Counted from the stretch's first letter, positions 18,798-28,892 are shown. The stretch: 64,000 bases of DNA from an uncultured Desulfocapsa sp. (GCA_964409855.1 CAYPEU010000001.1:10006-74005); one strand, 5' to 3'. Numbers and translations are program-made. The notes: generated by a model not told the origin, from the letters alone.

Positions 18798-19009
18798 TTA
18801 CAAAGTTTTCACGTTTTCAGCATGTAATCCCTTTCAGTCTGGGCAATTACAAATTCAACTTCCTGTCCCTCGTCAAGGCTTTTGAACCCATCTGCCTGAA
18901 TGGCACTGTAGTGAACAAAGACATCAGCTTCACCATCTGGCCTTTCCAGAAAACCATAACCCTTGCTTGCATTGAACCACTTGACCTTACCAGTTACCGG
19001 CTCTGACAT
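18798..19009 (-). CDS. cspA: Cold-shock protein with an apparent 1-nt frameshift near 18833
   Basis: [20 protein letters not shown]. Adding one A restores the C-terminus [16 protein letters not shown] at 18798. As assembled, the ORF stops at 18809. Confidence 0.88.
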
Positions 19010-19224
19010 ACTGTTCTCCTTCTGTTAATGAATCAGTGGAAAGTCATAAAGAGCAGCAGCCACTACTCCTGACAGAAAAATCCCGTGACAAATGGTATCA
19101 AAGCAGAAGAGAGCGAGTCAAGACAAAACTCCTGTTAAAACAAAAAGACAGGGAGATAAAAGAAGAGAGTCGCAACAAAAAAAGGTCAAACCTGGTCACA
19201 TTATTACATGCTTCTCCTCTATTC

Positions 19225-21039
19225 CTATTCCTTATCTTTTGCACTCTCTTTGTTCCACCAGGTCATCAGCAACTGGAAATGATTGTAGTAGAGCGGCAGG
19301 GTGTCGGGTTGAAGAAAGTTATTATGATAGGCAATGCGGTGAACATTCAGATACCAGTTTGGGACAAGGTAATAGCCGTACCACAGGATACGGTCAAGTG
19401 CCTTACAGGCTGCAGTCAACTCTTCCTGGGTCTCTGCATAGATGATTTTTTCAACCATTGCATCAACAACAGGGTCTTTGATTCCTGCAAGATTCTTGGA
19501 TCCTGGGCGGTCGGCCGATTCGGAATGCCAGGAGTTTTTCTGTTCATTGCCGGGTGACAGGGACTGGCCATAGACATGAACAGTCATGTCAAAATCAAAA
19601 TTCTGAATTCTGTCTGCGTACAGGGCAGGGTCAATGGTGCGATAGTCAACTTCCATGCCAAGTTTTTTCAAGTTGCGGACATACGGTGCCATGACCCGTT
19701 CAAAAGATGGGGAGACCAGGAGGATTTCAAAACGAAATTGTTTTCCTTCCCTATTGCGCAACGTTCCCTTTTGGATTGTCCATCCAGCATCTTGGAGGAG
19801 TTTGCGGGCCTTACGTAAGTTGTTGCGCAGTCCTCCCTTATCCGTGGAATCAGGCGGAGTCAGCGGACTGGTAAAGACCTCTGCAGGGAGTTCTTTGCGA
19901 AAAGGCTCCAGATAGGAAAGTTCCAGTCCGGAGGGTAATCCTGTGGCAGCAAGATAGGAGTTGCTGAAAAAAGAACTGGTCCGCGTGTACTGCTCATAGA
20001 ATAGCGATTTGTTGGTCCACTGAAAATCAAAGGCAAGTCCAAGGGCTTGACGAACACGTACGTCTTTGAAAACCGGACGTCGACTATTCATCAGAAATCC
20101 CTGCATTCCAGCATTGTTTTGATGGGGGTAGGTTTTTTTGATCAGAGCCCCTGTGTCAAACCGTTTTCCCACCATATCGCGAGCCCATTGCTTGGCGATA
20201 TTCACCATCATGAAATCAAACTCGCCTGCCTTGAAGGCCTCCACAGCAACAATCTGATCCTTGTAATAGTTGATGGTGATAGTGTCAAAATTGTACATAC
20301 CCTTACGCACCGGATGATTACGTGCCCAGTAGTTGGGATTTCGCCTGTAGGTTATGGATTTCCCCTGGCTGAAGTCGGAAATGACATAGGGGCCGGAACC
20401 GACTGGGGCAACCATGGCCTCAGCACCTTCACCGGTAAAGGGGTGTTTTTCATAAAAGGCCTTGGACATGATAGGGATCTGAGCAGCGATCATATGCAGT
20501 TCCCGGTTCGGACGATTGAAGAGAAACTGTACCCGGTGTGCATCAAGGATCTTGGCCTCCTTGATATCTTGATAATAGTATGGGTAAAAAGGATGTACCT
20601 TATCACTCTTCAATGTCTCCAGAGAGAAACGAACATCTTCAGGGGTCACTGGTGTGCCGTCTGAAAATCGTGCCTCTTGGTTAATGGTAAAGATGACTGA
20701 CAATCGATCTTCGGCAAGTTGGATATCTTTTGCAATCAGTCCGTATTCGGCAAAGGGTTCATCAAGGCTTCCTTCAGCAAGGGGTTCAAAGACAAACATC
20801 TCCAGGCCAAAAGGGGCTGTCCCTTTAAGGGTAAAGGGATTCATTTTATCAAAACTGCCGTTATCATGGAGGGACAACTTCCCTCCTTTGACAGCATCCC
20901 TGGAGACATAATCAAAGTGTGTAAAGTCAGGACCGTATTTCAGCTGACCATCAATGGAAATCCCATGAGCAGCGTGCAGAGAGGCAGCACTGAACAGGAA
21001 AAAGAAAAGACCAACAAGAGAGGAAAGAAGCGGGAACAT
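19225..21039 (-). CDS. ABC transporter substrate-binding protein, family 5 (YejA-like)
   Basis: Signal peptide, LKYGPDFTHFDYV, FDKMNPF, ARFSDG, PVGSGPY, LDRIL. Confidence 0.88.
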   Translation of the reverse strand: MFPLLSSLVGLFFFLFSAASLHAAHGISIDGQLKYGPDFTHFDYVSRDAVKGGKLSLHDNGSFDKMNPFTLKGTAPFGLEMFVFEPLAEGSLDEPFAEYGLIAKDIQLAEDRLSVIFTINQEARFSDGTPVTPEDVRFSLETLKSDKVHPFYPYYYQDIKEAKILDAHRVQFLFNRPNRELHMIAAQIPIMSKAFYEKHPFTGEGAEAMVAPVGSGPYVISDFSQGKSITYRRNPNYWARNHPVRKGMYNFDTITINYYKDQIVAVEAFKAGEFDFMMVNIAKQWARDMVGKRFDTGALIKKTYPHQNNAGMQGFLMNSRRPVFKDVRVRQALGLAFDFQWTNKSLFYEQYTRTSSFFSNSYLAATGLPSGLELSYLEPFRKELPAEVFTSPLTPPDSTDKGGLRNNLRKARKLLQDAGWTIQKGTLRNREGKQFRFEILLVSPSFERVMAPYVRNLKKLGMEVDYRTIDPALYADRIQNFDFDMTVHVYGQSLSPGNEQKNSWHSESADRPGSKNLAGIKDPVVDAMVEKIIYAETQEELTAACKALDRILWYGYYLVPNWYLNVHRIAYHNNFLQPDTLPLYYNHFQLLMTWWNKESAKDKE

Positions 21040-21275
21040 TTTTGGATTCTCCGGTATCAAATCTGGACAGTGATAAAGAGGAGGTGTGGAACTTCACCTC
21101 TTTTAAGCTATTATATTCTGGCAACAGTATCATTTTTCAGGTAATATGTCAGTTTTTCCTGCCGTTGATTCCGTATTTTTGGACTCATCCAGCAACAGAA
21201 TTAAGGTTTGCATGGGGATGGAGAATTTCCTTTGCTGCAAACTTTCTTAATAATGGAACTCTATGGAGTACACTC

Positions 21276-22574
21276 ATGGGAAAAACCATAGCTGACAAAA
21301 TATTTGCTGCCCACCTCCGGGACAACCCCACTCCTGAAAATATGGTACTCGATCTGGACGCGGTGTTGTGTCATGAAATCACCACCCCCATCGCCATCAT
21401 GGATTTAATGGAAAAGGGGATGGACCGGGTTTTTGATCCAGGCAAGATCAAGGCCGTTATTGATCACGTCACCCCGGCCAAAGACTCAAAGACGGCCACG
21501 CAGGGGAAAATCATGCGCGAATGGGCCAGGAGACACAAAATCAAAGATTTTTTTGATGTAGGTGCAAACGGTGTCTGCCACGCGCTCTTTCCGGAAAAAG
21601 GATTTATCCGTCCCGGTTATACGGTGATCATGGGAGATTCCCACACCTGTACCCATGGTGCCTTTGGGGCCTTTGCCGCAGGAGTTGGCACCACAGACCT
21701 GGAGGTTGGCATCTTAAAAGGTGTCTGCACCTTTCGTGCCCCGGTGTCTATGAAGATTGAGATAAGCGGTGAATTGCAGCAGGGCGTTACAGCAAAAGAC
21801 GTCATCCTGGCCATCATCAAAAAACTGACGGTGAACGGTGCCACTGATCGGGTGATTGAATTTGTCGGTCCGTTGGTTGACTCCATGAGCATGGCTGCCC
21901 GCATGACCCTGTGCAACATGGCAGTGGAAGCTGGCGCCACCAGCGGACTCTGCTATCCAGACCGGGTGACGGCCGAGTATCTCTGGCCTTTTATCAAGGA
22001 CGAATATACGACCATTGATGAAGCTGTCAAAGATTTCTCCAAATGGCACTCTGATCCGGATGCTGAATACATTGAGATTCTGCAGCTTGATGTTTCCAAA
22101 CTGGTCCCCATGGTCACCTACGGCTACAAACCCGACCACGTGAAAGATATTCAGGATATGGAAGGAACACCAGTGGATCAGATATATATTGGTTCCTGCA
22201 CCAACGGCAGGATAGAAGACCTGCGCGATGCCGCGGCCATCCTGAAAGGTCGTAAACTGGCAACAGGGGTGAGAGGCATCGTAACGCCTGCCACGCCTGC
22301 GATCTATTCACAGGCCATGGATGAAGGCATCATCAAGATTTTCATGGATGCCGGCTTCTGTGTCCTCAATCCCACCTGCGGCGCCTGTCTGGGCATGAGC
22401 TCAGGGGTACTTGCCGAGGGAGATGTCTGTGCCTCGACCACCAACAGAAACTTCAATGGCCGCATGGGGAAAGGTGGCATGGTCCACCTTATGAGCCCCT
22501 TCTCTGCAGCAGCTGCAGCCGTGACAGGAACCATAAGCGATCCAAGACAATTTCTCGTCTCAGAAGAGGTATAA
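21276..22574 (+). CDS. leuC: 3-isopropylmalate dehydratase large subunit (short, archaeal/homoaconitase-like type)
   Basis: GVCH, GDSHTCT, IGSCTNGR, CGACLG, TTNRNF. ATG at 21276 with GGAG upstream. Confidence 0.88.
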   Translation: MGKTIADKIFAAHLRDNPTPENMVLDLDAVLCHEITTPIAIMDLMEKGMDRVFDPGKIKAVIDHVTPAKDSKTATQGKIMREWARRHKIKDFFDVGANGVCHALFPEKGFIRPGYTVIMGDSHTCTHGAFGAFAAGVGTTDLEVGILKGVCTFRAPVSMKIEISGELQQGVTAKDVILAIIKKLTVNGATDRVIEFVGPLVDSMSMAARMTLCNMAVEAGATSGLCYPDRVTAEYLWPFIKDEYTTIDEAVKDFSKWHSDPDAEYIEILQLDVSKLVPMVTYGYKPDHVKDIQDMEGTPVDQIYIGSCTNGRIEDLRDAAAILKGRKLATGVRGIVTPATPAIYSQAMDEGIIKIFMDAGFCVLNPTCGACLGMSSGVLAEGDVCASTTNRNFNGRMGKGGMVHLMSPFSAAAAAVTGTISDPRQFLVSEEV

Positions 22575-22577
22575 GGT

Positions 22578-23114
22578 ATGAAAACATTCGGAGGTCCGGC
22601 AATCCTGCTGGACAGAAACGACATTAATACCGATGAGATTATTCCTGCAAAATATCTCACCGAAATCAGTAAAACAGCACTGGGGCCGCACCTGCTCGAA
22701 GACCTGCTCCTTAATGACAAACCTTTTGACAGCCACTCTCAGGCCATGAAACAGGCCAAGGTGGTAATTGCCAGAACCAACTTTGGCTGCGGTTCTTCCC
22801 GCGAACATGCGGTCTGGGCCTTTGAGGTGAACGATATCAACGTGGTCATTGCCGAGAGTTTCGCCCGCATCTTCCGGCAAAACATGTTTAATTGCGGTAT
22901 CCTTGCCATGGAACTGCCCAAGAGCGATATTGATGCTCTGTTTGCCATGTCCGGCGAACTCACCATAGAGGTGGATATGGCAAAAGGGGTCATGAAAGCA
23001 ATCTCTGCCGATGCAGGGCAGAAACCATTAGAATGCCCATTTGAGCTGAACTCCTACGATAAAAACCTGGTCAGCGCCGGCGGCTGGCTTGCGTTTGCCG
23101 ACGCCAACTATTAG
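22578..23114 (+). CDS. leuD: 3-isopropylmalate dehydratase small subunit
   Basis: INTDEIIPAKYL, NFGCGSSREHA, SFARIFRQN. Confidence 0.9.
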   Translation: MKTFGGPAILLDRNDINTDEIIPAKYLTEISKTALGPHLLEDLLLNDKPFDSHSQAMKQAKVVIARTNFGCGSSREHAVWAFEVNDINVVIAESFARIFRQNMFNCGILAMELPKSDIDALFAMSGELTIEVDMAKGVMKAISADAGQKPLECPFELNSYDKNLVSAGGWLAFADANY

Positions 23115-23127
23115 ATGGCTAACGGGT

Positions 23128-23173
23128 AAAAAAAAGGGCCATGACGCGAGAGTCGCGTCATGGCCCTTTTTTT
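23128..23173. terminator. Bidirectional intrinsic terminator between leuD and the DnaJ-class gene
   Basis: A-run, GGGCCATGACGCGA-GAG-TCGCGTCATGGCCC, T-run, between convergent genes. Confidence 0.9.
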
Positions 23174-23194
23174 GTTGTTTCCAGAAAGAAAGTG

Positions 23195-24124
23195 TTACAG
23201 TCCAATCTCCTGCAGCTTTCCTATGAGTTCCTGCTGTTCCTTGCCAATCTCTTGCGGGATCTCCACTCCAACCTTGACATAAAGGTCCCCCCGTCCACTG
23301 AGCGGTCCACTTGGCAGACCATGCCCCTTTAATCTCAGTTTGGCATCTCCCTGTATTCCTGCAGGCACATTGACCATGAATTTCTTTCCGTCAAGGGTCT
23401 CCACCTCTATCCTGGCTCCAAGGCAGGCCTGACTGAAAGGAATTTTCTGTTCCAGAACAAGATTGTCACCCTCTCTTGCAAAACGATCATGGGAGACAAT
23501 ATCCACCTTGAGAAAAAGATCTCCTGCCAGCCCTCCGGGAGGGGCTTGTCCCCCCTTGCCTTTCAAACGCAGTTTTTTTCCTGTCTCTATACCCTTGGGG
23601 ACCTTGACGCTGACGTTGTGAGGGGTTCCATTATGACGTAAGGCAATGCTTTTCTCGGCACCATGCAGGACATCTTCCAGAGTTACTGAAAGCTGGTAGG
23701 TCAGATCCTGTCCTTTGGCAGGCTGCTGACAGGAACCGCATCCGCCAGTAGAAGCTCCCTGATTGAAAAAGGAATGCATACCGCTGCCTCCCCCACCCAT
23801 GTTCATACGAAAGGTGCTGCCACCGCGACTTTGCCCGCCAAAGCCAAACTGGTTGAGGATATCATCGAGGTTGAAATTTCTGAAGATATCTTCCTGGGAA
23901 TAACGCTGGTGGAAATCAGTGGATCCGTAAGTATCATACTGTTTCTTCTTCTCCGGGTCGGAAAGAACGGCATACGCCTCATTGATCTCTTTAAACTTTT
24001 CCTCTGCCGCCTTGTCGCCCTTATTTTTGTCCGGGTGAAACTTCAGGGCAAGTTTGCGATAGGCCTTTTTTATTTCCTGGGCAGAAGCACCTTTGCTCAA
24101 CCCGAGTTGTTCGTAATATTCCAT
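23195..24124 (-). CDS. Class B J-domain chaperone (CbpA/DnaJ-like, no full Zn finger)
   Basis: J-domain with HPD, G/F-rich linker and DnaJ C-terminal domains. Confidence 0.9.
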   Translation of the reverse strand: MEYYEQLGLSKGASAQEIKKAYRKLALKFHPDKNKGDKAAEEKFKEINEAYAVLSDPEKKKQYDTYGSTDFHQRYSQEDIFRNFNLDDILNQFGFGGQSRGGSTFRMNMGGGGSGMHSFFNQGASTGGCGSCQQPAKGQDLTYQLSVTLEDVLHGAEKSIALRHNGTPHNVSVKVPKGIETGKKLRLKGKGGQAPPGGLAGDLFLKVDIVSHDRFAREGDNLVLEQKIPFSQACLGARIEVETLDGKKFMVNVPAGIQGDAKLRLKGHGLPSGPLSGRGDLYVKVGVEIPQEIGKEQQELIGKLQEIGL

Positions 24125-24251
24125 TGATACGTAACACCCTTCTCCCTTTACATTAATACCAAAAAAGGCTTGTCGAATGTTTTCATGTTCCGACGACAGG
24201 CCTTCAGAGGCGTCTTCTTTTCATACGCCACTATACTTAAACATGTCTTCA

Positions 24252-24280
24252 ACAATAGGAATGGCGACTGGTGCAGTCAA
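24252..24280 (-). promoter_or_regulatory. Putative sigma70 promoter upstream of the DnaJ-class gene
   Basis: TTGACT-N17-TATTGT. Confidence 0.5.
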
Positions 24281-24326
24281 GAGGCGATAAGGAGATAGGA
24301 AGGGATTTTTTTAAAAGAAAGCGCAG

Positions 24327-24397
24327 AATATCGAACAAGGAATTTTGAACCGCGGAAGTGAGAAAACTTCGGCATTCCCTGTTCGACATTCGATATT
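24327..24397. repeat. Imperfect palindrome built from 7-nt units (REP/MITE-like)
   Basis: Left arm ATATCGA ACAAGGA ATTTTGA ACCGCGG; right arm TCGGCAT TCCCTGT TCGACAT TCGATAT; inner stem GAAGT/ACTTC; ends AATATCGAA/TTCGATATT. Confidence 0.7.
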
Positions 24398-24402
24398 GTC
24401 TG

Positions 24403-24837
24403 TTAAAAAGGAACGTCGTCTCCGGTACCGCCACCACCGTAGTTTCCTCCACTCGGCGGTTCCGGCATCGGAGGTTCACTGTATCCGCTACTGTCACCAC
24501 CCATGCCACCACCTTTTGGCGTCAACATCTGCATATCGCGGGCTACAATTTCAGTGGTGTATCGGTCATTACCGTTTTGATCCTGCCATTTTCTGGTCTG
24601 AATCTTTCCTTCGATATATACCTTTGAACCCTTGTGAAGATATTCCCCGCAGATTTCGGCAAGCTTGCGCCAGGCAACAACACGATGCCATTCAGTGGTC
24701 TCCTGTTTCTGGCCTTCCTTGTCGGTCCAGCGCTCGCTTGTGGCAACTGTAAAGGTTGCAACTGGAGCTCCAGCCTGGGTATAACGAAGCTCGGGATCTC
24801 CACCGAGGTTACCAATTATCATTGCTTTATTGAGCAT
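24403..24837 (-). CDS. ssb: Single-stranded DNA-binding protein
   Basis: [23 protein letters not shown] and acidic tail DDVPF. Confidence 0.96.
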   Translation of the reverse strand: MLNKAMIIGNLGGDPELRYTQAGAPVATFTVATSERWTDKEGQKQETTEWHRVVAWRKLAEICGEYLHKGSKVYIEGKIQTRKWQDQNGNDRYTTEIVARDMQMLTPKGGGMGGDSSGYSEPPMPEPPSGGNYGGGGTGDDVPF

Positions 24838-25032
24838 ATTCCCTCCTGCTGTCTATGAATGTGAATGACACTGTCCTGGTGGTCGTGATAAGTTGCCGCC
24901 AGGTAACGTCTTATGCTGTGAGAAGTTTATGTAATACCACAGCCCCCTTCTATTTATCCAGAAGAAAATAGGTAATCAATCATGGATCTTTTTGAAGAGA
25001 GTTGTTCTGTAAAGACCTTGCCGAGATTTTTT

Positions 25033-26154
25033 TCAGCTGCAGACTGTTCTGTCGAGCATCGCTGGAATTCCACCCCTTTCTTCCGGAGTATACCCCATCA
25101 CCTCTTGCCAGATTTCGTCACTTTCCATGCAAAAATAGATGCAGGTTGATGGGTCCGCATATCGCTGAAGCAGTTTGTACAGATGTTGATAGAGACGGAC
25201 GCGCCGAGAGCGAAAATAACGTTTTTTATTATCCAGCCCTTCAATAAATTCCTGGTAATAGATGCGTGACCTTGGAAACCGTTTCGTACCTATGGTTTTC
25301 AAAGATGGGAGGTAACGAAGAGCCCCCAAGGAAATCCAGACTATCTGTTCGGACGGGACTGTCTGGAACAATTTATTCACGGTTTCCTCATATCCCTGCT
25401 CCCAGCCGGGATGATCGATAATGGGATCAAAATGAAAGGCCAGTTTATAGCCCCACTCTGCACATTGCCTGGCAGCAGCCAACCGTTCATCCAGGGTGGC
25501 GGTACGGATCTCCTCTTTTTGCATGACAGGAGTGGAGTTGAGCGACCAGGCCATTACCGTTCTCCCGTTATGACGCAACTCTTTGAGATTGTCAATCACC
25601 CCGCTCTTGGTTTTCAACTCGAGGATACCTTGCTCCTGATCAGCCATATACTCGACCAGTTGACTGCTGAGATGCGTCAGTCGGTCAAGGGCCATGGAAT
25701 CGGTAAACTCACCTGTCCCTATACGAAAGAATCGATCAGGCTCGCCTGTAAACGCACTGTTAAGCTCATGAAAGAGATTCTCAGTATTCACAAAAAAAGT
25801 CAGCCATGGCTTGTTGAGGTAGGCTTGAAGAATGCAGTAGACGCAATCCATGGGACAGTTCATCCCGATATTTAAGACCTGGTAGTCGCAACACTGATAC
25901 TCCCGGGTGCCGGGACAGGGTTTGAAGAAATGGCCACGATTTTTGCACAGCAACAAATGATGCTTGCCTAGAGCCAGGTTGTCTGGGTATTCTCCTGGAA
26001 TTCCTTCAGGATCCTGCCTGTCCTCAACCACCGTATAAGGAAGGGCGGCACGTTCCAGGATCTCACGGGTATAGTCCAGTTCCAGACAGGATTCCTCAAC
26101 ATGGATCTGTCGAATATAGAGGGAAGGATCTTTCCAGGAACCTGTTTCTGTCAT
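25033..26154 (-). CDS. Spore-photoproduct-lyase-like radical SAM protein (start uncertain, up to 26208)
   Basis: NCPMDCVYCILQ, GTGEFTDS, ELKTKS, WSLN, FHFDP, YFCME. Confidence 0.82.
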   Translation of the reverse strand: MTETGSWKDPSLYIRQIHVEESCLELDYTREILERAALPYTVVEDRQDPEGIPGEYPDNLALGKHHLLLCKNRGHFFKPCPGTREYQCCDYQVLNIGMNCPMDCVYCILQAYLNKPWLTFFVNTENLFHELNSAFTGEPDRFFRIGTGEFTDSMALDRLTHLSSQLVEYMADQEQGILELKTKSGVIDNLKELRHNGRTVMAWSLNSTPVMQKEEIRTATLDERLAAARQCAEWGYKLAFHFDPIIDHPGWEQGYEETVNKLFQTVPSEQIVWISLGALRYLPSLKTIGTKRFPRSRIYYQEFIEGLDNKKRYFRSRRVRLYQHLYKLLQRYADPSTCIYFCMESDEIWQEVMGYTPEERGGIPAMLDRTVCS

Positions 26155-26300
26155 TTTCGTTCCATCATTAGTACTTGACGTTCTGCCTTGATTCATTGCG
26201 TGCTGCACACGAAATTTTTATAACTTTAAACCAGGAAACTCCTTGCAGTGAAAAGAGAGGAGTCAATATTCTAAAAAAAGACACAGAAAAACATACCTCC

Positions 26301-27218
26301 TTACTCCTCATTCCTCACCTGGCAAGCAGGATTTTCAGGGACAGTAAAGGGGATAGCTGTTTCCCTGTCAAGCTCTGTTTTTGTCCACTCTGCGATACGC
26401 AGATAACACTCTCCTTCCTCAGGGCGCAGATGTTTGACACAACCCTGTCCATAGACTAGACATTTTTTCTGCAACTCCTGCAAAGAAGAGACAAGCTGAC
26501 TCAAAACCAAGTCCCCTTCGCGGAGCAGGTCAAGAATTGCTCTAATACGCAATTTGTCCATCCCCAACCGGTACTGCCAGGAAACCTGATCCTGGCGCCC
26601 CCCCTCCTTGATGGTCAGAGGAGCATCTATCAAAAGAAAAGGATAGCGACTGCTGGTGCGCAGCCACAGGTCATAGTCTTCACAGCAGCGCATCTCCTCC
26701 TTGAACAATCCTATTTCCGCAAAGAGCTCTTTTCTTACCATGACCGTGGACATGCCCACTGCGCAGAGTTGCAGACAATGAGTGAAGATATCTCCATTGC
26801 CTGGCTGATGAATCTTTTTCTGGTTCAGGTGAACACCGCGCCGCAACCATTTTTCCCTGGTATGAGAAATCAGCATATCAGGTAGGTTGCAAATGGCTCC
26901 AAACTGAAGTTCCAATTTTTTCTTGTGCCAGTGATCGTCTGAGTCAAGAAAGGCAAGGAGGGATGTCTCGGCTTCCTGAATTCCTCTGTTTCTTGCAGCG
27001 GCCGGACCCTGGTTTGGTTGAGAGAAATAGCGCACAGGAAAACTGCACTGGGAAGCAAAATGCGACACACAAGAGGCTGTATCGTCTGTTGATCCATCAT
27101 CCACCACAATAACTTCACTGCAGGTCAGGGTCTGTTGTTGCACTGATTGCAAGGCTCGACCGAGAAGGGAAGCTCTGTTGTAGGTGGGAATGATTACGGT
27201 AATGTCAGTCATTTTCAA
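26301..27218 (-). CDS. Glycosyltransferase family 2
   Basis: VIIPTYNR, VVDDGSTD, AARNRG, FLDSDD, EDYDLWLR. Confidence 0.88.
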   Translation of the reverse strand: MKMTDITVIIPTYNRASLLGRALQSVQQQTLTCSEVIVVDDGSTDDTASCVSHFASQCSFPVRYFSQPNQGPAAARNRGIQEAETSLLAFLDSDDHWHKKKLELQFGAICNLPDMLISHTREKWLRRGVHLNQKKIHQPGNGDIFTHCLQLCAVGMSTVMVRKELFAEIGLFKEEMRCCEDYDLWLRTSSRYPFLLIDAPLTIKEGGRQDQVSWQYRLGMDKLRIRAILDLLREGDLVLSQLVSSLQELQKKCLVYGQGCVKHLRPEEGECYLRIAEWTKTELDRETAIPFTVPENPACQVRNEE

Positions 27219-27359
27219 TCACGCAGAGAATAACAGAGTGAAATAATCTGATTTAGAGGAGGATTTTTGTACAGGGATACTGTATAATTTCAAGTTTATC
27301 AAGACAACTACACCTTCATCTGCCATCTCTTCGATGGCCATCGAGTAAAAGCCTATATT

Positions 27360-28892
27360 ATGAGCAGCGAAATACTTGTCAATTCAACGAGCTACGAGAT
27401 CCGAATAGCCTTGGTCGAAAATGGTCAACTGGTCGAGTTTCACATGCAGCGCCCATCTGAAAAGGGACTGGTCGGGAATATCTACCGAGGCCGTGTGGTC
27501 AGGGTGCTTCCAGGGATGCAGGCCGCATTTGTAGATATCGGCCTGGAACGAACCGGCTTTCTCTATGTGGATGATGTCTATATCTCCCATGCCGATCTCG
27601 AAACCAGGATGACAAAGAAAGATCAACCCTGCGGCAAGCTTGAACTCAGTTCCGATATACCGGATACTGACATAAACCGCCTCCCCGGAATGAACATAGA
27701 GGACCTCCTCACCGAGGGACAGGAGATCACCGTGCAGGTTGGAAAAGATCCCATTGGGACCAAAGGTGCCAGGCTGACCTGTCATATTACCCTGCCCTGC
27801 AGGAACCTGGTCTTCATGCCCCTGACCGACCACATCGGTATCTCGAGAAAAATCGAAGATGAGGAGATTCGTCAAACCCTGAAGGAGCGCATCGAAGAGC
27901 TGCGACCTTCAGGGACCGGGTTTATTGTGCGCACCGTTGCCGAACACGCCAGCCTGGAAGAGCTAGAGGCCGATATGGAGTTCCTCCTTCTTCTGTGGGA
28001 TGAAATCCAGGATATCTCCAGCCACTCCATCGTCCCTGCAATGATCTATGAAGATCTTGATATCACCTTTCGTTCTGTGCGTGATCTCTTTACCCCTGAA
28101 GTCAAACGTCTTATCCTGGATGACCGGAAGACCTATGAAAAACTGCGTCACTTTGTCCAGACCTTTGCCCCTAAGCTCCAGGATAGGGTTTCCCATTACC
28201 AGGGATCTTCACCGCTTTTTGAAGCCCACGGGATAGAGGTTGAGCTTTCCAGGGCCCTGGAGAAAAAAGTATGGCTGCGATCAGGGGGCTACATCATCAT
28301 TGAAACCACTGAAGCCCTTTCTGTCATTGACGTCAACACCGGACGATTTGTTGGCAAAAATGACCTGGAAGAGACCATTTTCAAGACCAATATGGAGGCG
28401 GTCAAAGAAATAGCCTACCAGCTCAGGTTGCGTAATATTGGCGGGATCATTATTATCGATTTTATCGACATGGAGGATGAACTGCACAGAGAGGAGCTCT
28501 TCACCTCTTTTAAGGAGGCCGTGAAAAAGGATAAGAGCAGAATCAATATCCTCAAACTTACGGAATTTGGTCTGGTACAGATGACCAGGAAGCGCAGTTG
28601 CGAGAACCTCAGCCAGATGATGTGCGAACCTTGCCATTACTGTGCCGGAGAAGGAGCTCTCAAGTCGAGACGAACTATCTGCTACGAAATTTTCAGGAAG
28701 ATTGCCAGGAATGCCGGGCGCAACAAAAGTAGCAATATCACCTTAACGGTTCACCCCCGCGTGGCAGATATGCTCCTCAAGGAAGAGGGGGGTATGACCA
28801 ACGAACTTGAAAAAGATACAGGGAAAAGGATAACCATTGTACCTGCCAAGAATCTCCATATCGAGAAATATGAAATCGGCTGGGAACAGTAG
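27360..28892 (+). CDS. rng: Ribonuclease G (Rne/Rng family)
   Basis: S1 domain GNIYRGRV..PGMQAAFVDIG, IDVNTG, IIIDFIDM, CHYC. Confidence 0.9.
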   Translation: MSSEILVNSTSYEIRIALVENGQLVEFHMQRPSEKGLVGNIYRGRVVRVLPGMQAAFVDIGLERTGFLYVDDVYISHADLETRMTKKDQPCGKLELSSDIPDTDINRLPGMNIEDLLTEGQEITVQVGKDPIGTKGARLTCHITLPCRNLVFMPLTDHIGISRKIEDEEIRQTLKERIEELRPSGTGFIVRTVAEHASLEELEADMEFLLLLWDEIQDISSHSIVPAMIYEDLDITFRSVRDLFTPEVKRLILDDRKTYEKLRHFVQTFAPKLQDRVSHYQGSSPLFEAHGIEVELSRALEKKVWLRSGGYIIIETTEALSVIDVNTGRFVGKNDLEETIFKTNMEAVKEIAYQLRLRNIGGIIIIDFIDMEDELHREELFTSFKEAVKKDKSRINILKLTEFGLVQMTRKRSCENLSQMMCEPCHYCAGEGALKSRRTICYEIFRKIARNAGRNKSSNITLTVHPRVADMLLKEEGGMTNELEKDTGKRITIVPAKNLHIEKYEIGWEQ

